Part shown: piece after piece, positions 56,845 through 64,000 of the stretch
Position numbering within the stretch: position 1 is the stretch's first letter
Layout: each line of letters opens with the position of its first letter
Assembly: GCA_046483495.1 (NCBI GenBank)
Contig: JAWODC010000070.1
Span: 1-64,000, forward strand
DNA length: 64,000 bases
From: Desulfobacterales bacterium
GTDB lineage: Bacteria > Desulfobacterota > Desulfobacteria > Desulfobacterales > UBA5616
Reading direction: 5' to 3'
Translations under genes and position numbers: made by a program
The notes under the pieces: generated by a model
Databases searched by the model: none
Told to the model about the DNA's origin: nothing
The model's input: only the letters and a program-made list of their open reading frames with translations

Positions 56845-57657
56845 TCACTTCTTTGCGGTGTGCGCCACTGCGATACCGTTCAGCATAGGTCGAAATGATA
56901 TGCACGAAAACCCGACCTCTCTCAGGTCTTTCGACAACTCATAAGGAAGAGGAAACATGCGTATCGTTTCCGGCAGGCAGGCATAGGCCCGCGCAGAGCC
57001 GGTGATCAGTCTTCCCAAAAGGGGCATTAGGGTGAAGGAGTAAATGTCATATAACCCGCGGAACATCGGGTTTTCGGGTCTGGAAAATTCAAGGCACAGA
57101 AAACGGCCTCCCGGCTTAAGCACCCGGTGCATTTCCGAAAAGCCGGCTTTTAAATGGGTCAGATTCCGGATGCCGAAACTTACCATGACGGCATCGAAGG
57201 CGTTGTCCGGAAAGGACATGTTTTCCGCGTCCCCCTGAATGTAAGTGATCCGGTCCGGAGAGCCTCTTTTCAGCCGGTTTTCTCTCCCCGTAACCATCAT
57301 TTTTCGATTGATATCATATAAAACCACCCGGCCGTTTTCCCCAATCGCGGCTTGAGCAAGAACGGACATATCACCGGTTCCGCCGCAAACATCAAGGATA
57401 TGATCGCCGGATTGTGCATCGATCAGTCTGAAGGCGCCTCTTTTCCACGCGTAGTGAAGCCCGAAGCTTAACAGGGTGTTCATAAAATCGTATTTGGCTG
57501 CGACTCGGCTGAAATGATCCGACACAACCCCTTTTTTCTCATCCACAGCCATTTCGGTGAGTCCGTATCGAGTGCGGCCGGAAGGGTTGAAACCGGTATC
57601 GAGCTGTTCACGTCTTCGGGATTTGTCGGACCAGCCGGGATTTTTCCAATTTATCAT
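56845..57657 (-). CDS. ubiE: UbiE/MenG quinone C-methyltransferase
   Basis: YDFMNTLLSFGLH..WK, LDVCGGTGD, FGIRN, RVLKPGG..LEFS. Confidence 0.9.
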   Translation of the reverse strand: MINWKNPGWSDKSRRREQLDTGFNPSGRTRYGLTEMAVDEKKGVVSDHFSRVAAKYDFMNTLLSFGLHYAWKRGAFRLIDAQSGDHILDVCGGTGDMSVLAQAAIGENGRVVLYDINRKMMVTGRENRLKRGSPDRITYIQGDAENMSFPDNAFDAVMVSFGIRNLTHLKAGFSEMHRVLKPGGRFLCLEFSRPENPMFRGLYDIYSFTLMPLLGRLITGSARAYACLPETIRMFPLPYELSKDLREVGFSCISFRPMLNGIAVAHTAKK

Positions 57658-58394
57658 GTGTGTTCTCCTGCCACGCCGGCGATTGCCCGATTTCCGGTGC
57701 TCAGATGCCCGATGTAATTGACGGCGGCTATCGGTGTTCGAATGCAGACGGGAATATAGGGAATATAAAAAATGCCTGAAATATCGTCAACCGGAAGCCC
57801 CGCCTGCCGGGCCCAGGTTTTTATTTCCGAAGGTTTGATAAACTTATGGTAGGAATGGGTGTTTTTTTCGGTAAGACCGAGAACGTATTCGGATACGGCA
57901 ATGACCAACAGGAAGGATAGAGGTGAGCGATTGATGGTGGAAATGAATAAGCTTCCTCCCGGATTGAGCAGTTTTCCGCATGACATAATGAGAGCGGCGG
58001 GGTCGGGCACGTGCTCCAGCACTTCCATGCACGTGACGATATCGAATCGTGAACCTTCTTTTTCCAGCATGCCGGCCGAAATCCGGCGGTAATCGATGTA
58101 GAGGCCGGAACGCTTCACGTGGCGTCTGGCGATCGATAGGGCCGCATCATTCATATCGATGCCGGTGACGCGCCCCCCTTTATTTGCGAGTGCTTCGCAC
58201 AAAATACCGCCGCCGCAGCCCACATCGAGAATCGTTTTTCCGGCTACGGGCACCCGCTGTGTAATATAGGTCGTTCGCATGGGGTTCATCTCGTGCAGTC
58301 CCCGAAAAACTCCCCCCGTATTCCACCAATCATCGGCTGATTTGGAAAATTTTTGAATCTCCCGATGATCGATATTTCCGGATGAATGTTTCAT
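57654..58394 (-). CDS. ubiG: UbiG-like O-methyltransferase (start 58394 or 58421)
   Basis: EIQKF....WW, LH.MNP.R, LDVGCGGG, CMEVLEHVPDP, STINR, KFIKPSE. Confidence 0.85.
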   Translation of the reverse strand: MKHSSGNIDHREIQKFSKSADDWWNTGGVFRGLHEMNPMRTTYITQRVPVAGKTILDVGCGGGILCEALANKGGRVTGIDMNDAALSIARRHVKRSGLYIDYRRISAGMLEKEGSRFDIVTCMEVLEHVPDPAALIMSCGKLLNPGGSLFISTINRSPLSFLLVIAVSEYVLGLTEKNTHSYHKFIKPSEIKTWARQAGLPVDDISGIFYIPYIPVCIRTPIAAVNYIGHLSTGNRAIAGVAGEHT

Positions 58395-58735
58395 GTCTTT
58401 TTTGTCCTCTAAGATCATCACAACAGGATCTTGTTTTTACGGTAGATCCAATGGTTGCGTCAAGTGGAGATGGTTATTTTTGCATGGAAAAGATGACAGC
58501 ATAAGCTCCCGCGTACCCTTAATTGATCGGCTGTTACAATGGCGGCAGATCGGGTTCGGCCGTTTGCCGGTCGGCAATGTACTTCGAAAAGGTCATTGAA
58601 AAACCCAACGGTCCGGATTTCAGTGAATATCTTGTATGCCGTCGCATTTTCTGGTATGTATCGCCACGGAACGCCACGGAAAAAGCGGCAGCGGAATACG
58701 CATTTTCAAGCGGTAAACGGCAAGGAGGAGAATCT

Positions 58736-59440
58736 ATGTCAACGAATACCATCCGATTCTTAGGTCATGCATTTGTGGAACTTACCACCGAACAGGGGAA
58801 AACGGTTTTGTTCGATCCGTGGACAAAAGATGCCGGCAACCCGAGCTGCCCCCTCGATGCGGCGGATGTAAATAACGCCGATCTGGTGCTGGTCAGCCAT
58901 GACCATTTCGACCATATCGGTTCCGCCGTGGAGATCTGCAAGAGAACCGGCGCTCTTTTCGGCGGCCCTGCCCAGACGGCGGCCCGGTTGACGGCGGAAG
59001 GATTCAGCGCGGACCAGGTTGTTAATTTCGGCATGGGTTACATGGTGGGCGGCGGGGTGTCGCTGGATTGGATTCAGGTGACATCCACCCCGGCATTTCA
59101 TTCCTCGGATACGGCCTGTGCGATGGGCACGATCGTCAAGACCGGGGGTATCACGGTATACCATGCCGGCGACACGGCGCTTTTCGGGGACATGGCGCTG
59201 TACGCCCGGCTTTACCCCATGGATGTGGCGCTTTTGCCGATTGGAGGCGTATTTACCATGGATGCTTATCAGGCTGCAGAAGCGGTGAAAATGATCGGTC
59301 CCAAGGTGGTTGTCCCCATTCATTATGCATCGTTTCCCATCATCGCCCCGACGGCTGATGATTTCGTGGACCAATGCTCGAAAAAAGCTCCGGAAGTTGT
59401 TGTAAAGGTGCTGGGGGCCGGGGAAAAGTTTTCGTTTTAG
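58736..59440 (+). CDS. Metal-dependent hydrolase, metallo-beta-lactamase fold (UPF0173-like)
   Basis: LGHA, SHDHFDH, YHAGDT, LPIGG, PIHY; AAGGAGGAG RBS. Confidence 0.9.
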   Translation: MSTNTIRFLGHAFVELTTEQGKTVLFDPWTKDAGNPSCPLDAADVNNADLVLVSHDHFDHIGSAVEICKRTGALFGGPAQTAARLTAEGFSADQVVNFGMGYMVGGGVSLDWIQVTSTPAFHSSDTACAMGTIVKTGGITVYHAGDTALFGDMALYARLYPMDVALLPIGGVFTMDAYQAAEAVKMIGPKVVVPIHYASFPIIAPTADDFVDQCSKKAPEVVVKVLGAGEKFSF

Positions 59441-59503
59441 CCGGCCGACAGAACAGAGAGAGTGTGGTGAAGCCGGAACGAAACGGATTCCGGAATGGAC
59501 GCA

Positions 59504-59905
59504 TCAGGAATTCAACGGCAGCGGCGTAGGGGATAAAACGGACAACCCCACCAGATAATGCCCCTGGTATTTTCCGGTATCTTTCGGGGTCATGTGGATA
59601 ATTTTGGTTTTGATCCGAACGCCGGCGCGGCTGGATGTGTCGGTATAATAAGTCATGTCGATAATATCGCCGACATTGAGGAATTCCAGAACGGCCGAAT
59701 CCTTTTTTACCAGAATGCATAACCCGCTGTCTGAAACGTCCCGGATTTTGAACTGGTACAGAGGCCCCTGAGACAACGGTTGCAAAACAACGCTGTAATA
59801 TTCGTCTACAATCCTTCTGGGTTCGGTTCGGCGGTCTTTACCGGTCTTCTTTTCATCTGTATCCGACATGATTTGCTCCAGGTCTGGTGTTGGAAGTTCG
59901 TCCAT
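59504..59905 (-). CDS. PilZ-domain c-di-GMP receptor
   Basis: RRTEPR (RxxxR) and DVSDSG (DxSxxG). Confidence 0.85.
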   Translation of the reverse strand: MDELPTPDLEQIMSDTDEKKTGKDRRTEPRRIVDEYYSVVLQPLSQGPLYQFKIRDVSDSGLCILVKKDSAVLEFLNVGDIIDMTYYTDTSSRAGVRIKTKIIHMTPKDTGKYQGHYLVGLSVLSPTPLPLNS

Positions 59906-60949
59906 TTATTCGACAACAATCCGATGCTTCGACGCATCGACGACGCTGCCGATAACAGATGCCGATAGAATGCCGCTTTCTCTCAAGTGGGCAATTAGAT
60001 TGTCTGCAACATCCGATAGTACACTGATTAACAGACCGCCCGAGGTCTGGGGATCGAATAACACATCGCAAAGGGGCCGGCGAATACCGTCTGCGATCGT
60101 GATCATGTGTTCACGGAACTCCCTGTTTTTATATGCCCCGGCCGGTACGAGGCCCATTTCAGCAAATTCCAGGGCTTCCTGAATGACGGGGATAGATCCG
60201 GCGGTCAGGATAATGCCGGGTCCGGACTCCATTACCATTTCCGCAACATGGCCCAGAAGGCCGAACCCGGTGATATCCGTGCAGGCATTCACCGGGTATA
60301 GGGAAATGATTTCCGAGGCTTTCTTGTTCAATTCAGCCATCAATTCCGTAACGCGGCCAATCAGTTCTGCCGAAGCCAACCCGGCTTTTACGGCCGTGTT
60401 GACAATGCCGGTGCCAAGCGGTTTGGTCAGAATCAATCGGTCGCCGACTTTTATGTTTTTTTTTGTAAGAACACGTTCCGGATGCACGAAACCGGTAACG
60501 GAGAGGCCATATTTCAGTTCGTTGTCTTCAATGCTGTGTCCCCCGACAAGAATAACATCCGCCTCCTTCATTTTTTCCAGTCCGCCCAGCAGGATTTGCC
60601 GGAGAATTTCTATATTCATGAGCCGCATCGGGAATCCCACGAGATTCATGGCCGTTTTTGCCGTTCCGCCCATGGCGTAAATGTCGCTTAACGCATTTGA
60701 GGCGGCGATGCGGCCGAAGTCGAACGGATCGTCGACAACGGGTGTAAAAAAATCAACGCTCTGGATGATAGCGAGATCATCGCATATCTTATACACTCCG
60801 GCATCATCCGCACGGTCCAGACCGACGATCAGATTTTCATCTTTCGGAAATGCTATTCCGCACAATGCCTTGTCCAGGTCCCCCGGAGCCAATTTGGAGG
60901 CTCACCCGGCTCCGGCGACGGTTTGCGTCAGGCGCAGCGGCTTGTCCAT
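59906..60949 (-). CDS. selD: Selenide,water dikinase (selenophosphate synthetase), selenocysteine-containing
   Basis: RLTQTVAGAG-TGA-ASK with in-frame UGA at 60902-60904; DDAGV, DFFTP, NALSDIYAMGG, DITGFGL, DPQTSGGLL. Confidence 0.93.
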
Positions 60950-61487
60950 ATTCATCAAAGCCCTCGAGGCGGCATCACGTTTTCGTCGTGTTTTTGACGC
61001 GGTAAATGCCCATATCGGCATGCTTGTTCGTTCTCAAGCATGCTTTCTTTCATCACAACATCGGTACTATCGAACAATCGGTTTTTTCTGCTCGGTGCTT
61101 TTTGCCCGATAGGAATCGCAGCCCCGAAGAGACCTGCTCCTGCTTCAGGGAATCGGGGCTGTAGCCGAAAACAATTTACAATGGGTTGATTTTTTCAGGT
61201 TTTTATATCATAAAAAGAATAAATTCAAAACAGTTTGTTCAGCACGGGTTTTCTTATCAACTGCATTCCATCGAGGAAACGGACACAATTCTTCACCCGC
61301 CCACCCGGAAATGGTCAATCCCGGATTAAAGCATGACAGGGCCCTTTATAAGCGCGACATCGTCACGCAAGCTGTGGGGCTTCAAATGGGTGAAGAAAAC
61401 CGCTTTGGGCCAAACGCTGCCGGTTCGAGACAGGCACCAGGCATCACACCAGGCAAATATTCAACCAAAAATCAAGGGAGGTTGCGC

Positions 61488-63131
61488 ATGGGAACACATT
61501 CAGAAACGGTCAGGAGGGTTAGACCAACCGCCGATTCCCGTTTTTTGCTGAAAAACGGTTTTATCGTCGACGGCACGGGTCGACCGGGATATGTTGGAAA
61601 CGTCTTGATTCGCGGAGAAAAAATAGAAGCGGTCAGCCGGGAGTCGATCGATATCGATTGTGAAACGATGGATTGCTCCGGGCTGGTCATTTCTCCGGGA
61701 TTCATCGATGCCCACTCGCACATGGACTGGATTCTCTGCATCGAGGGTTTTGAAAGGCTAAAAACACCGTATACGGATCAGGGGTGCACCACATTCGTCA
61801 CGGGCAACTGCGGATACAGTCCCGGGGGGTACAGAAAAAACAGTCCGTATAAAAACATGTTACAATTGGGAGCGGATCGGGGCTTCGATCTTTACTGGGA
61901 CACCATGGATGAGTTGTTTGCGCACCTCGAGCGCACCGGGTTGAGCCACAACATCGTCCACTTCGCCGGGCACGGGACATCCCAGGCGTCCATGCGCGGC
62001 CTCGATCCAAAACCCTTGACCGGCGAAGAGTTAAACGAGCTGCTTTTCCTGCTTGAAGAATCCATGGACCAGGGGGCTGCCGGCGTATCCTTCGGTCTGG
62101 GATATGAGCCCGGCATCTTTTTTCCAAAGGATCACATTATGTCGGTTGCGCGGCTGGTAAAGAAAAAGAACAAACTAATTACCGTGCATGGCCGTGCCTA
62201 TTCGTGTGTTTCGGGATTCTATGAAGACGTGTCCACCCCCCACAACGTCCTATCCCTGAGGGAAATGATCGAGATTGCAGAAGAATCCGGTGTTCGGCTG
62301 CAGTATTCCCACCTCATGTTTGCCGGCTCTAAAAGCCATCCCACTTATGCACAGTGCCTCGAAGAGCTGGACGATGCCGTGAGTCGGGGAGTGGATGTAA
62401 AAATCGATACCTACCCTTATCATTGCGGCAATTCGATCATCAATGTCATACTTCCGCCCTGGTTTCTGGCGAATGTCCCGTCCAATTACCACAATCCCGA
62501 GGCTGTTGCCGGAGTGGAAAAGGGCTTGGAGGCGATGTCGCAGGTTGTGGGGTTCGGCTATAACGATATTCAGCTGACGTATGCGGGGCATTCGGAGTAT
62601 GACCCTTACAACGGCATGTTTATCGGTGAAATCAGTCAGAAACGAAATATGCGCCCCGCTCAGGTGGTGTTGGAGCTTTCGGAGAAGACGAATGGACGCG
62701 CACGGATTCTAAACCACAATTACAGCAATATGGAAGTGGTGGATGCGCTGATCCGGCACCCGGACTGCTTGTTTATGACCGATGCCGTAGTATCAATGCA
62801 GGGGGTTCAGAATCCGGCTTCGTTCGGCGCATTTCCCCTGCTGCTTCAGTACTCCCGGGACCGGAAGCTGCTGTCCCTGGAAGAGGCCGTATACAAAATG
62901 ACCGGTGCGACGGCTGAACGCTTCAATATTCAGGATAGGGGGTTTATAAGAGCGAAAACGGCCGCCGACATCACCGTATTCGACTGGGAAAACATCAAGG
63001 ACAACAATACGGTCGAACAAACGGATCGGGCTCCCACCGGAATAGAAGCGGTGTTCATGAACGGCCGGCAAGTCAAAAAAGACGGAAAGGTCGACGGAGC
63101 GGCCAATGCCGGGGTGGTCATAAGAAATTGA
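61488..63131 (+). CDS. N-acyl-D-amino-acid deacylase family amidohydrolase
   Basis: VDGTG, PGFIDAHSH, GNCG, YPY, RGFI..ADITVFD, VFMNG; GGGAGG RBS. Confidence 0.88.
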   Translation: MGTHSETVRRVRPTADSRFLLKNGFIVDGTGRPGYVGNVLIRGEKIEAVSRESIDIDCETMDCSGLVISPGFIDAHSHMDWILCIEGFERLKTPYTDQGCTTFVTGNCGYSPGGYRKNSPYKNMLQLGADRGFDLYWDTMDELFAHLERTGLSHNIVHFAGHGTSQASMRGLDPKPLTGEELNELLFLLEESMDQGAAGVSFGLGYEPGIFFPKDHIMSVARLVKKKNKLITVHGRAYSCVSGFYEDVSTPHNVLSLREMIEIAEESGVRLQYSHLMFAGSKSHPTYAQCLEELDDAVSRGVDVKIDTYPYHCGNSIINVILPPWFLANVPSNYHNPEAVAGVEKGLEAMSQVVGFGYNDIQLTYAGHSEYDPYNGMFIGEISQKRNMRPAQVVLELSEKTNGRARILNHNYSNMEVVDALIRHPDCLFMTDAVVSMQGVQNPASFGAFPLLLQYSRDRKLLSLEEAVYKMTGATAERFNIQDRGFIRAKTAADITVFDWENIKDNNTVEQTDRAPTGIEAVFMNGRQVKKDGKVDGAANAGVVIRN

Positions 63132-63155
63132 TTGAACCAGGCTTTTATGCATCCG

Positions 63156-63204
63156 AAAAAAACCGCCGCTGCCGTGAAGGCATTCAAAACGGCGGCGGTT
63201 TTTT
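63156..63204. terminator. Bidirectional terminator between convergent genes
   Basis: AAAAAAACCGCCG...CGGCGGTTTTTT. Confidence 0.75.
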
Positions 63205-63215
63205 CGATCATTTTC

Positions 63216-64000
63216 TCAAGGTGCAGGCGGGTAGGTGCCATAGGGAGCAAGAGTCATTTCGGCGTTCGGGTCTGTTTTGACGGCTTCGAAAATCGTGCCG
63301 AGTGCCTTCTGGGTGGCCAGATAGGTAAACCGTACGGCGCCGCCGAGTATCCCGGTCATTTCGATGTCGAAGCCATGGTTTTGCATAATGGAAATGACTT
63401 CACGATGGTCTTCCGTTTCCCCGAAACTGACATGATGAACGCCCTGCCCGCATTGATTAAAAAATTCCATATAGGTACTGGGCCCCTTTACCGGCTCCAA
63501 TAATTCGATTTGCATGTCCCCCAAATTCGCCAAAGCGGCGCGAACATGAAAGTCGGTGCCGTCAACCATATCAATGCCGTGAAGGGCGGCGCCGGACAAA
63601 TGGGGCGGTTTGAAGTCGACCAACATCCAGGGCCCCACACCGAACACATCCCAGTAATTTTTTGCTGTATTTTCAGCATCCTTTACAACGATTCCAATCT
63701 GCTTGATTTCCTTGCCTTCGATGTTGATGAGGCCGGGGCCGCGGGGTGTGTAGGTGCCCCAGGGTGAAAGCCCTTTTATTTCGCCGGCGGGCGGCGCGAC
63801 AAATTCGAAAATCGTTCCCAAATGCTCGGTGGTATCCATGTAAGTATACCGAACCGCTTCACCGAGTACTCCTGACATTTCCAAAGGAATACCGCTATTT
63901 TCCAGGGAGGAAACCGCCGTGTCATGATCGTCCACCATACCGAAGCTGACGTGATGAATACCTTCCCCGCGCTGTTCGAGAAAGGCTGCATGGGTACCCT
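63216..64000 (-). CDS. VOC/glyoxalase (methylmalonyl-CoA epimerase-like) protein with tandem domains, 5' truncated
   Basis: Repeated HHVSF...YMDT/YLAT..LGTIFE units; QIGIVV, QIELLEP. Confidence 0.8.
   Translation of the reverse strand, partial: GTHAAFLEQRGEGIHHVSFGMVDDHDTAVSSLENSGIPLEMSGVLGEAVRYTYMDTTEHLGTIFEFVAPPAGEIKGLSPWGTYTPRGPGLINIEGKEIKQIGIVVKDAENTAKNYWDVFGVGPWMLVDFKPPHLSGAALHGIDMVDGTDFHVRAALANLGDMQIELLEPVKGPSTYMEFFNQCGQGVHHVSFGETEDHREVISIMQNHGFDIEMTGILGGAVRFTYLATQKALGTIFEAVKTDPNAEMTLAPYGTYPPAP

Overview
Core chromosomal DNA of an anaerobic, probably sulfate-reducing deltaproteobacterium (Desulfobacterales-like, inferred from qrcCD, PFOR, Sec-containing SelD and gene content). The window appears to lie at the replication origin: it has dnaN-gyrB preceded by an AT-rich DnaA-box/unwinding-type element, the rpmH-rnpA-yidD-yidC-jag-mnmE block and a perfect parS, but dnaA, recF, gyrA and mnmG are absent, so the usual origin cluster is broken up. 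Other content: murA, comEC, moaA, trpB2, map, an RdgC-like gene pair, a short thyA, asnS, a TetR-RND efflux locus with an unusual 3xLytR_C-TolC fusion, radical SAM-RNase G, a Na+-pumping decarboxylase module lacking its carboxyltransferase and divergent from TetR-thiolase-hbd, an inactive HMG-CoA synthase/DUF35 fusion with an SCP2-type thiolase, PFOR, fumarase, a LexA/CI-like repressor with two microproteins, ubiG/ubiE, PilZ, selD and a D-aminoacylase. Features missing from the ORF track but readable in the sequence: a Trp-Trp-Trp leader-peptide attenuator, small ORFs (rpmH, a 51-aa protein after qrcD, a 54-aa Cys4 protein), the selD UGA readthrough, operator palindromes and a dispersed ~120-140 bp MITE-like repeat family. 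No rRNA, tRNA, CRISPR array or transposase was recognised. All family assignments come from motif recognition by eye, not database searches.
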